Shown piece by piece: positions 1-7,233 of a stretch of DNA of 31,718 nt (the first letter of the stretch is position 1; each line of letters opens with the position of its first letter). The DNA comes from a virus. Taxonomy: Duplodnaviria; Caudoviricetes. The stretch spans positions 1 through 31,718 of IMG/VR virus record IMGVR_UViG_3300032303_000243; one strand, 5' to 3'. The notes under the pieces were generated by a model, which was not told where the DNA came from, made no database searches, and saw only the letters and a program-made list of their open reading frames with translations. The position numbers and the translations under genes were made by a program.

Positions 1-636
1 ACGTATCGTGCGTATGACTATAAGCCGGTTACTGAAGCCGTGTATGAGTTGTCTCGTTCAACAACGGGTTTCGATTGGAACATTGAAGTTTCGTATGATT
101 CGTCATACAACATTATTAAAACGTTGAATACTGAGTATCCGCGTCGCGGCAACGTGTACGGCATTGATGATGCTAACGATCCGGTGTTGGAGTTCCCCGG
201 AAACATTATTGCCTACACCTATCCTGAAGATGGATCTACTGTGGCTAACACTATGTATGGGCTTGGTGCGGGGCAGGCTGACGGCAAACTTATTAGCACT
301 CAGTCGGATTCTGCAAGCCTTACAGCGGGTTTCGCTACGCTGGAAGATTCGGTGTCGTACACGGATTATTCGGATTCAACGTTGTTGGGTCAGTTGACGT
401 TGGCGCAGTTGAACGCGAAGAAGAATCCTGTTGTAGTGATGGAAGTAATTACGGCTGCATATAACGATCCGATTCTGGGTGCGTTTAAGACTGGTGACGA
501 TTTCCGTATTCGTATTACTGATGACAGGTTCCCGACGACGCTTGATGTTGTTCGTAGGCTCGCTAAGTACGAGGTTCAGGTGGGCGATGCTGGACCGGAA
601 CGTATTGTGTTCTCTTTCGTTGTGACCACTAACTAG
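1..636 (+). CDS. Minor tail / baseplate hub-like protein, 5'-truncated by the window edge
   Basis: Frame is open from base 1; sequence resembles siphovirus tail-tip proteins (LEFPGNI..Y.YPEDG, GDDFRIRITD); lies just before the lysis genes. Confidence 0.7.
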   Translation, partial: TYRAYDYKPVTEAVYELSRSTTGFDWNIEVSYDSSYNIIKTLNTEYPRRGNVYGIDDANDPVLEFPGNIIAYTYPEDGSTVANTMYGLGAGQADGKLISTQSDSASLTAGFATLEDSVSYTDYSDSTLLGQLTLAQLNAKKNPVVVMEVITAAYNDPILGAFKTGDDFRIRITDDRFPTTLDVVRRLAKYEVQVGDAGPERIVFSFVVTTN

Positions 637-643
637 GAGCATC

Positions 644-856
644 GTGTCTGTTATCAACTTGCCGCCGATTCTGCGGGTGATGTTTAACGAACTTGAGTCT
701 CGTGTGCGGAAACTTGAAACGTCGCAGCGTTTTATGGCTCCTGTGGTTACGGCTGATCCTGTAGTTTTAGTAAACGGTATGATTTGGTACAGAAGTGATC
801 TAAACACGTTCCGCGTGTATCAGAATAATGCTGTAAAGACGATCACAGTTTCTTAG
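644..856 (+). CDS. Small tail-associated hypothetical protein
   Basis: AGGAG before GTG; short coiled coil (ELESRVRKLET) then a NGMIWYRSD motif typical of tail fibre-associated proteins. Confidence 0.6.
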   Translation: MSVINLPPILRVMFNELESRVRKLETSQRFMAPVVTADPVVLVNGMIWYRSDLNTFRVYQNNAVKTITVS

Positions 857-882
857 GCGACGGGCCGTTAAAGCGAAAGGGC

Positions 883-1173
883 TTGTCCGTGGAGTGGATC
901 GCCAACATTACTAACGTTTTGTATTTGGTTAGTGCGTGTGCCGCAATTATTGGCGGCGGTTACATGGTGGCTCGGAAGATTGAAAAGAAACTAGATTTGC
1001 TTCAATCTGAAACTCAGCCTAACTCTGGTAGTAGTTTGCGTGACGCGGTTGATAGAATTGCTACTAGAGTGGAAAAAATAGATACACGTCAAGATGTTAT
1101 TGAGAAAGAACTGTCAAACCTTTTTGGTAGGTTTGATGAGCATGTGAGGAGAACTGATGACTACCGTAAGTAA
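883..1173 (+). CDS. Single-pass membrane protein with coiled coil, lysis cassette
   Basis: N-terminal hydrophobic helix, PNSGSSLRDAVDRI motif, position before holin and lysin. Confidence 0.65.
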   Translation: MSVEWIANITNVLYLVSACAAIIGGGYMVARKIEKKLDLLQSETQPNSGSSLRDAVDRIATRVEKIDTRQDVIEKELSNLFGRFDEHVRRTDDYRK

Positions 1174-1369
1174 AGTGGTAGCGGATTATGTGTGTGCTTT
1201 TGTGTCGTGTCTGATTGCCGCGTATCTTGCTACTGGTGCGAGCCTGTTTGATCTGTCGGTGGATGGTTGGAAGGGTGTTGTGTCGTCTGCTGTCGCTGCT
1301 TTCCTGCCGGTTGTGTATACGGCTTTGAATCGTCGTAATGCTCGCTATGGGTTGACTGATGGGAACTAG
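1157..1369 (+). CDS. Putative holin
   Basis: 70 aa, two hydrophobic segments, basic C-terminus, GAGGAG RBS, directly upstream of the endolysin. Confidence 0.65.
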   Translation: MTTVSKVVADYVCAFVSCLIAAYLATGASLFDLSVDGWKGVVSSAVAAFLPVVYTALNRRNARYGLTDGN

Positions 1370-1895
1370 CCTGAATGGGTGGCCTGCGATTACCCCGGCT
1401 CTTGCCCCCGTGCGGTTGCGAACTATCACGATTCCGGGCACGAAGCGGTCGATCCGGTTGGCTAAAGGATGTGCTGCACTATTTGCTGCATTTCTTGCTG
1501 ACTGGAACGAGGAGATGCCTGCCCGATTGAAACTGGATAAGGGTCCGGTTGATGGGTGGAATTACCGTCAGGCTCGCGCTGCTGATGGGTTTTCGAATCA
1601 TGCGAGCGGGACGGCGTGCGACGTTCGTTACGATGTTTTGAAGGCTGATGACAAGCAGCACATGACGAAGGCTGAGACTGATACGTTAAAGCGTATCTTG
1701 GCTCGTTACGTTACGGCAGACGGGCATCATGTCATTAGTAACGGGTATGCGTGGGGGAAGGTGGACGAGATGCACAACGAACTCAGTCAGGCTTGGGACC
1801 ACAAGAACGGTGCGAAGCGTGACACCACACAGAAAGACGTTGACGAGGTAGTCGCTCGTCTGCACATTGACAAGAACGGCGTGCGCCCAAAGTGA
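1359..1895 (+). CDS. Endolysin, peptidase M15 family
   Basis: SNHASGTACD (SxHxxGxAxD) and DEMHNE zinc-peptidase motifs; SLNGWPA N-terminus as in actinophage lysins. Confidence 0.85.
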   Translation: MGTSLNGWPAITPALAPVRLRTITIPGTKRSIRLAKGCAALFAAFLADWNEEMPARLKLDKGPVDGWNYRQARAADGFSNHASGTACDVRYDVLKADDKQHMTKAETDTLKRILARYVTADGHHVISNGYAWGKVDEMHNELSQAWDHKNGAKRDTTQKDVDEVVARLHIDKNGVRPK

Positions 1896-2941
1896 GCGTA
1901 GGTTTCATTACCTACGACTTAAACACTTCTGTTTCCCCGCCGATCCCCGGTGGTTGCTCGTTTTACAGACAGTTTCTTCCTATGTCCACGATTACGGATA
2001 CGGGAACGTTGATGGGGATTCCTGCGTGGGAAGCGGAAACGGGTTTTGGGATAAGGCATGGTGCGCAACGCGCATCATTTGGGTTCGACACGATTGTGTT
2101 AAAGGCTCTTATGGGTCGTAATACAACGCATCAGATACGACTAGCGCAGGACGCGGGTCAACGTGTTGTCGTGGATGTTGACGATTTCTATGATGGTTTG
2201 GCTCCGTCGAATGTGGCGTACAAGTTTACGGACCCGTCACATAACAAACTAATGAACCGTGAGTTCTTTAGGGATGTTGTTGAAGCGTGCGACATTGTTT
2301 CTGTTAGCACACCGTTTCTGTATGACTATTACTCGCAGACGCATCCTGACGTTCGTCTAGTGCGTAACGGGATTGACTTGCGTTTCTTTGAGAAACGGAA
2401 AGTTCGGAACGTACCGAATCCTGTTCTTGGCTGGGTGGGTGCGATTCCGTGGCGTTCAGAGGATGTTGAAACGTTGCGTTGGTGGCTGCCAGAGTTTCTC
2501 GTGAAACATGATCTTATGTTTCATCATTCTGGTGATCGTTTGGATTACCCGCCGTTTGCTGATCTTGCTGGCGTAGTACCGTCCCGCGTTACTACGTCGC
2601 CGCAAATGCCGATCTTCCAATACTTTCAAGAAGCGTTCACGTTTGATATTGGGATTGTGCCTTTAAATGACATTCCGTTTAATCACGCGAAGTCGAATAT
2701 CAAGGGACTTGAATATGCCGCGATGGGGATTCCGTTTGTGGCACAAGCAACCCCTGAGTACCAATGGCTCGCGGATAGTGGGATTGGCAGGGTCGCGGTG
2801 ACACCAGAAGATTGGGTATCGCATCTTGAGGACTTGTTGGATTATAAGACGCGTAAGCGTGAAGCCGCTAAAAACTACACTGCACTTCAGCAGCACACTA
2901 TGGAGTCGCGTGATTGGTCGTGGTTGAGCAAGGGAACTTGA
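1892..2941 (+). CDS. Glycosyltransferase, GT-B fold (GT4-like)
   Basis: VVVDVDD, VSTPFL, VRNGID, DIGIVPL..FN.AKSNIKGLEYAAMGIP motifs. Confidence 0.85.
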   Translation: MSVGFITYDLNTSVSPPIPGGCSFYRQFLPMSTITDTGTLMGIPAWEAETGFGIRHGAQRASFGFDTIVLKALMGRNTTHQIRLAQDAGQRVVVDVDDFYDGLAPSNVAYKFTDPSHNKLMNREFFRDVVEACDIVSVSTPFLYDYYSQTHPDVRLVRNGIDLRFFEKRKVRNVPNPVLGWVGAIPWRSEDVETLRWWLPEFLVKHDLMFHHSGDRLDYPPFADLAGVVPSRVTTSPQMPIFQYFQEAFTFDIGIVPLNDIPFNHAKSNIKGLEYAAMGIPFVAQATPEYQWLADSGIGRVAVTPEDWVSHLEDLLDYKTRKREAAKNYTALQQHTMESRDWSWLSKGT

Positions 2942-3314
2942 TCAGCCAGCCTTTGAACTTGTTGTAGGTCGCTTTCGATGAGTAACGGTTGAGGTGTTTG
3001 CCGTTGCCGGAAATATCCCACGGGTAAAAGGTCTTGCCACCTTGTGTTAGGTCGAAGGCGACGGCTGCGTTATAGCCGGGGGTGAGAAGTTTCTTGCTGT
3101 CCCACCATTCGGCTTTGTGGTAGGCGGCGCGGTTTAGTTGAAACATGCCGTAATCATGTGTGGGGCTAATAGATTTGGGATTGCCACCGGATTCTCTCAT
3201 AACAATCGCCCATGCGATGGGGAGTGATCTTCCGGTGAAGCCTGCGTTGTGTAGTTGGTTTGCGAGCGGGTTGTTACAGATTGCAAATGCGGCTGCTGCG
3301 ATGTGTTCAATCAT
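2898..3314 (-). CDS. Lytic transglycosylase (SLT/lysozyme-like), possibly exported
   Basis: Catalytic RESGGNP and DYGMFQLN motifs, N-A-A helix, PW motif; short hydrophobic N-terminus; only convincing minus-strand gene. Confidence 0.8.
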   Translation of the reverse strand: MIEHIAAAAFAICNNPLANQLHNAGFTGRSLPIAWAIVMRESGGNPKSISPTHDYGMFQLNRAAYHKAEWWDSKKLLTPGYNAAVAFDLTQGGKTFYPWDISGNGKHLNRYSSKATYNKFKGWLIKFPCSTTTNHATP

Positions 3315-3444
3315 TTTGGTCCAGACGCTTGGGGACAGGGACGGCGCAACACGGATGCGCGAATGTGGCCGAATCTCACGGGATCACATGGTTGACCACG
3401 TTAGCATCCCGGTAAGGGCGAGTGTCCAACTGGAAGGGTGTGTT

Positions 3445-3639
3445 GTGTCTTACGAATGGATGGATAAGGCAAATTGCCGTGGGCTGGATACGGAGTTGTT
3501 TTTTCCGCAGTCAACTTCTGACGCTGCTGTACCGCGCAGGGTGTGTAAGAACTGCGAGGTTCGGGTGGAGTGCAATCAGTACGCTAAGAAACTGGATGTT
3601 CGGTTTGGCATGTGGGGCGGGTTTTTGCGGGGTATGTGA
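3445..3639 (+). CDS. whiB: WhiB family transcription factor
   Basis: W..ANC..ELFFP..C-x2-C-x5-C and GMWGG turn; GGAAGGGT at 3432-3439 supports GTG 3445 rather than the track start at 3160. Confidence 0.9.
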   Translation: MSYEWMDKANCRGLDTELFFPQSTSDAAVPRRVCKNCEVRVECNQYAKKLDVRFGMWGGFLRGM

Positions 3640-3785
3640 CCACGCCCAAGGTCCGTGAAGGGCCGTGAGAGGCCGATCTGAGGTGAACCGAGGTGATCGG
3701 GTCGGCGGCCAAGATCGCCCGTCTGGGGCGGTTTTAGGCGTTTTTGAGCGTACGCGGCTCGTCAAAAAATATTTTTGGGAAATGG

Positions 3786-3813
3786 TTGTTTTGACGCCTC
3801 AAGCGGCTATACT
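3786..3813 (+). promoter_or_regulatory. Putative strong early sigma70-type promoter
   Basis: TTGTTT (3786-3791), 16 nt spacer, TATACT (3808-3813); AT-rich tract AAAAAATATTTTT just upstream in an otherwise GC-rich gap. Confidence 0.6.
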
Positions 3814-3921
3814 TCTCCTAGGCACCCCGCTTGGAAGCCTTGAAGGTCCCCCGGGACGCGCAAGGGCCAAGCCGGGAAAACGGCAAGGAAGCAGGAACGC
3901 TTTCAACTCAATAGCGTGCGA

Positions 3922-3990
3922 TTGACCTAGACAGAAACCGGAGTTCGCTCCGGTCCATCGCTGAATGGCGATGCCGATGAAGTCGGTCAA
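3922..3990 (+). ncRNA. Hammerhead ribozyme HH1, type II, variant core
   Basis: GAAA 3934-3937; stem III CCGGAG-TTCG-CTCCGG; GTC site (cut after 3955); stem I CATCGC/GCGATG; core CCGATGA (U4C); stem II GAC/GTC extended by TTGACC/GGTCAA. Confidence 0.7.
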
Positions 3991-4005
3991 CGAAGGGTGT
4001 ACGAC

Positions 4006-4266
4006 ATGAACACGATTTACAAGGTGCCGAACCTGTTCCTGATGGATTCAATGGGCCGCGACATTATCGACTACCGAGATGTTGAAAAGGTTTCTGGTTC
4101 TTATGCGTGGGTTGCGTTGAACGATGATGAGATTTGGGAGTTGAGGGCAGACGCGCAGTTCTACTCAGATGCTTTGATGGTCAGGGAGTTCGGCCCTGAG
4201 TATCGGGGACTGTGCAAGAGCGCGGCGGCAACGGTGCGATGGATTAACAAGCAGTTGACAGCATGA
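4006..4266 (+). CDS. Hypothetical early protein
   Basis: GAAGGGT at 3992-3998 then ATG 4006; follows HH1. Confidence 0.7.
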   Translation: MNTIYKVPNLFLMDSMGRDIIDYRDVEKVSGSYAWVALNDDEIWELRADAQFYSDALMVREFGPEYRGLCKSAAATVRWINKQLTA

Positions 4267-4448
4267 GCCGCTGTGTCGAAGTCCTGAACGCTTGGGACGA
4301 GAGCATGATAAACGTCTATGACTCTCTGGGCGTGACCCGCTACATCGACTCGTTTCACAAACACGAGGTGTCTTTCGAGTCATCCGCTGTTCCGGGAGTG
4401 TTCCTCACGCTTGACATCTTGATGCCTCACTACACCGACAGATCGTAG
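4263..4448 (+). CDS. Hypothetical protein
   Basis: ATGA overlap with the upstream gene; ends just before HH2. Confidence 0.55.
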   Translation: MSRCVEVLNAWDESMINVYDSLGVTRYIDSFHKHEVSFESSAVPGVFLTLDILMPHYTDRS

Positions 4449-4463
4449 AACTAGCAAGCGTTA

Positions 4464-4518
4464 GGACGAAACGCCGCGAGGCGTCCACGGGTTGGTCCCG
4501 TGCTGATGAGTCCATCAG
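4464..4518 (+). ncRNA. Hammerhead ribozyme HH2, type II
   Basis: GGAC-GAAA-CGCC GCGA GGCG-TC|-CACGGG TTGGT CCCGTG-CTGATGA-GTCC; full consensus core, cut predicted after 4485. Confidence 0.95.
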
Positions 4519-4536
4519 ACAAACAATCGAAGGGTA
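4483..4536 (+). repeat. 54-bp exact direct repeat, copy 1 (3' part of ribozyme plus RBS)
   Basis: Identical to 5259-5312 by base-by-base comparison. Confidence 0.9.
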
Positions 4537-4543
4537 GAAAGAA

Positions 4544-5236
4544 ATGATTGCTGAAACGATGACAGTTACCGTTGACACTCTGCGCGAAGGCGACTTGATC
4601 CTTGCGTGCCCCACGCAGAAGTACGTTAACGCGATGGTTTGCAGGGTTGAGCGCAAGGACAAGTGCGCAGTCGTTCACTTCTCGGATCGCTCAACGACAA
4701 TCCGCTGGAACCGTGATGCCGAGGTTCGTGTTGTTCGTTACGTCAAGGATGAGATGGAGAAGCGTGAAGATGCGCGGCGTTACATGGTGAACAGTCTGCG
4801 TGACGAGATGAAGAAGAACACCATGCAGCGAGTTCTTCAACGTTTGCAGGACGGCATCACGCACTATAACGGCGGCAAGCGTGCCGAGGTAATCAGCCAT
4901 TGGGATATGGCCGATATTCTTCATGATCAGGCGTTCGGCAAGTTCTGGTCTCGTGTTGCCTTTTTCGCAGATCAGTACGTTGCAGCCGGTGTAGATGACG
5001 ATACCGCGCTGCTTGCCTCCTTCCACGATTTCGTTACGGAGCGTGTCTACCCGGGTAACCCGTTGTCGCGTTCGACCAGCGTCATGAGCAATGTTTACAA
5101 CGATCTAGATGAGTATGTCATCAAGTATTTGTCAGACCGTTACCTGAATTGTGATCGTTTGGGGATCGAGTTTCCTGACGTGTTTACGAGCGCCGTTGTT
5201 GTTGCTAAGGAGGCGGCGCAATTGGTGAACGCCTAG
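4544..5236 (+). CDS. Hypothetical early protein, small beta-barrel-like N-terminus
   Basis: GAAGGGTAG RBS, 230 aa ORF exactly filling the space between HH2 and HH3. Confidence 0.75.
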   Translation: MIAETMTVTVDTLREGDLILACPTQKYVNAMVCRVERKDKCAVVHFSDRSTTIRWNRDAEVRVVRYVKDEMEKREDARRYMVNSLRDEMKKNTMQRVLQRLQDGITHYNGGKRAEVISHWDMADILHDQAFGKFWSRVAFFADQYVAAGVDDDTALLASFHDFVTERVYPGNPLSRSTSVMSNVYNDLDEYVIKYLSDRYLNCDRLGIEFPDVFTSAVVVAKEAAQLVNA

Positions 5237-5294
5237 GACGAAACACCGCTTCGGCGGTGTCCACGGGTTGGTCCCGTGCTGATGAGTCCATCAG
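5236..5294 (+). ncRNA. Hammerhead ribozyme HH3, type II
   Basis: GGAC-GAAA-CACCGC TTCG GCGGTG-TC|-CACGGG TTGGT CCCGTG-CTGATGA-GTCC; cut predicted after 5261. Confidence 0.95.
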
Positions 5295-5312
5295 ACAAAC
5301 AATCGAAGGGTA
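5259..5312 (+). repeat. 54-bp exact direct repeat, copy 2
   Basis: Identical to 4483-4536. Confidence 0.9.
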
Positions 5313-5317
5313 AGAAC

Positions 5318-6319
5318 ATGCCTGCAAATATCGAAACATTCGCTGACGGCACCGCCGCGTTTTTCAGCAACCGCGAGATTCCTTGGCACAACCTCGGCGT
5401 CATCACCGACGGAGCGCAGACCGCTGATGATGCGCTGCGACTCGCTCACCTTGACTGGCAGGTCACGAAGTCAGAGGAGCCGGTGCAAGTTCCGGTCGTT
5501 GTCAACGACGGCGTGCAGATGGTCAGCCTTGCCGACAAGTTCATGACCTACCGCGATCACCCGAAGTTGGGTCTGCAGGGTCTTGGCGTTGTCGGTAATC
5601 AGTACCAAGTGATTCAGAACAGCGAGGCGTTCGACTTCCTGAATCATCTGGTTGACGAGTCGGGCGCTGTGTTTGAGACGGCTGGCTCGTTGCGTGGTGG
5701 CCGTCAGGTGTTCATGTCGCTCAAGATGCCGAACAGCATCGTGCTTGCTGGTGGTCAGGACACGGTTGATCTGTATCTCATGGCTACCACTTCTCATGAC
5801 GGCAGCACCGCGTTCACGGTTGCGGTGACACCGATCCGTCCCGTGTGCACGAACACGGTTCGTCTTGCTTTGGCGCGAGCGCAGTCAACGTGGTACGTGC
5901 GTCACACCACGCATGTGGGCGGCAAGATCGCTCAGGCGCGAGAGACTCTTGGCATCGCGTTCAACTATAGCGAGGAATACCAGAAGGCTGTAGATGATCT
6001 TGTGTCGCAGCCGTTCTCTGACGCCGAGTTCAAGTCCTTCCTTGAGTCTTTGGTCAAGGAGCCGAAGGTCAAGACGGATCGCAAGGAGAACCGCGTAGAG
6101 GCGGTGCGTGCGGAGATGTTCGGTCTGTGGAACGCGCCAACTCAGCAGAACGTGGCTAACACTAAGTGGGCTGCGTACAACACTGTTGTTGAGTACGCCG
6201 ACTGGTTCAAGCCGGTGCGTTCTAAGAACGGCAACAAGGACGTTGTTCGTGCAGAGCGCATCTTCACGGGTGGCGTTGACGGCATCAAGGATCGTGCCTA
6301 CGCGCTGCTGGCACGTTAG
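5318..6319 (+). CDS. DUF932/DUF945 family phage/plasmid-like protein
   Basis: PWHNLG, LDWQV, VGNQY..IQN.EAFDF, ETAGSLRGG, SHDGS, PIRPVCTNT motifs; start moved to ATG 5318 after GAAGGGTA. Confidence 0.9.
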   Translation: MPANIETFADGTAAFFSNREIPWHNLGVITDGAQTADDALRLAHLDWQVTKSEEPVQVPVVVNDGVQMVSLADKFMTYRDHPKLGLQGLGVVGNQYQVIQNSEAFDFLNHLVDESGAVFETAGSLRGGRQVFMSLKMPNSIVLAGGQDTVDLYLMATTSHDGSTAFTVAVTPIRPVCTNTVRLALARAQSTWYVRHTTHVGGKIAQARETLGIAFNYSEEYQKAVDDLVSQPFSDAEFKSFLESLVKEPKVKTDRKENRVEAVRAEMFGLWNAPTQQNVANTKWAAYNTVVEYADWFKPVRSKNGNKDVVRAERIFTGGVDGIKDRAYALLAR

Positions 6320-6383
6320 TCGAAACCCTCCCTTCGGGGAGGGTCCGGCAGGGTTCACCGCCTGCCGCTGATGAGACAGGTGA
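6319..6383 (+). ncRNA. Hammerhead ribozyme HH4, type II with loop I-tail pseudoknot
   Basis: GTC-GAAA-CCCTCCC TTCG GGGAGGG-TC|-CGGCAGG GTTCACCG CCTGCCG-CTGATGA-GAC; loop TCACC pairs with GGTGA 6379-6383; cut predicted after 6345. Confidence 0.95.
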
Positions 6384-6401
6384 CAAAGAAAGGGTAATTA
6401 A

Positions 6402-6590
6402 ATGAAGCATTATTACGGTTCTGAAGATCGGTGCATGAAGTGTGATTGTCGTCCGTGGGGTAAGTGGGCGGCTCTGCCTTGCGGTGCTGCTGATAGTGCA
6501 CCGTTCATTCCTGCCGATCCTGAGAATGAGTTGGCTCAGTTCTGGCAGCAGTGGCATATGTGGGCTGTCGGTCAGGACTTGGGGCGGTAG
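6402..6590 (+). CDS. Small Cys-containing hypothetical protein
   Basis: AAGGGTA RBS; H..CxxCxC..C pattern. Confidence 0.65.
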   Translation: MKHYYGSEDRCMKCDCRPWGKWAALPCGAADSAPFIPADPENELAQFWQQWHMWAVGQDLGR

Positions 6591-6592
6591 CC

Positions 6593-6733
6593 ATGACTGA
6601 ACACATCTGCTGGACAGACGACACCGTTTGTAACGAATGCGGCAATCCGTGCCTTAATTGTGGAGCGGATCATCCCCCAACTAGCACAATCCTCTATGGA
6701 ATGTGTCTGTCTTGTTACAACAAGGAGGAATGA
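6593..6733 (+). CDS. Small Cys-rich (zinc-binding?) protein
   Basis: 46 aa from ATG 6593 with three CxxC motifs. Confidence 0.55.
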   Translation: MTEHICWTDDTVCNECGNPCLNCGADHPPTSTILYGMCLSCYNKEE

Positions 6734-6807
6734 TGAAAGCCAAGATCACATTGACTGCTTCTGCGGGTAGAGGTATTGAATCGATCTATCAGATCAGTAC
6801 AGATTAA
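6733..6807 (+). CDS. 24-aa micro-ORF (MKAKITLTASAGRGIESIYQISTD)
   Basis: Strong AAGGAGGA RBS, TGATG coupling, fills the gap; may be a gene remnant. Confidence 0.4.
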   Translation: MKAKITLTASAGRGIESIYQISTD

Positions 6808-6821
6808 AAAGGAGATAAGCA

Positions 6822-6953
6822 ATGCCAAATAGATGGATTACCTGCGATTACTGCAACATGGCTTTATTGGCTAATGATGGTGATGAAGTGCCGCATGAGT
6901 GCATCCCGTATGACAAAAACGAAATGCGTCGCCTCAAGGAGGGGACAATCTAG
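6822..6953 (+). CDS. 43-aa protein with CxxC..HxC (MPNRWITCDYC...)
   Basis: AAGGAG RBS; stop lies 5 nt before HH5; absent from the ORF track. Confidence 0.55.
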   Translation: MPNRWITCDYCNMALLANDGDEVPHECIPYDKNEMRRLKEGTI

Positions 6954-6958
6954 TAACA

Positions 6959-7014
6959 GGACGAAACGCCGTGAGGCGTCCAGCGTTAGATGACGCTGCT
7001 GATGAGTCCATCAG
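6959..7014 (+). ncRNA. Hammerhead ribozyme HH5, type II
   Basis: GGAC-GAAA-CGCC GTGA GGCG-TC|-CAGCGT TAGATG ACGCTG-CTGATGA-GTCC; cut predicted after 6980. Confidence 0.95.
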
Positions 7015-7035
7015 TTAAACAAGGGTAGGTCTGTT

Positions 7036-7233
7036 ATGTATCTAGATGTTTTCATAGATAGCAATACAACAAGCGAGTTGGGCGAACATTGCGTAAAACT
7101 AATCAATCTTGATAAGGCGTGGCAGATCAATCTGTTTACACCGAATGATCTTGTGCCGGGTAAGGATTGGGCGTACATGGCTGCAATCTTCCAGCAGTTG
7201 GCGACGCTCTGCGGTCAGAGGGCAGACTCATGA
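7036..7233 (+). CDS. Hypothetical protein
   Basis: AAGGGTAGG RBS after HH5. Confidence 0.6.
   Translation: MYLDVFIDSNTTSELGEHCVKLINLDKAWQINLFTPNDLVPGKDWAYMAAIFQQLATLCGQRADS

Noticed and set aside
3160-3444. Long N-terminal extension of WhiB
   Set aside because: Antisense to the SLT gene; RBS and domain start point to GTG 3445
3716-3745. CGCCC/GGGCG hairpin followed by GTTTT as whiB terminator
   Set aside because: Short stem and broken U-tract; too weak to call
3511-3990. Short ORFs on both strands in the whiB-to-early gap
   Set aside because: No RBS or motifs; region holds the promoter, leader and HH1
5276-5317. N-terminal extension of the DUF932 ORF in the track
   Set aside because: It runs through HH3; the RBS supports ATG 5318
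4464-7014. Repeats read as a CRISPR array or intrinsic terminators
   Set aside because: Spacing is gene-sized, no U-tracts, and the conserved bases match the hammerhead core; the Cas4-like gene is a common stand-alone phage nuclease
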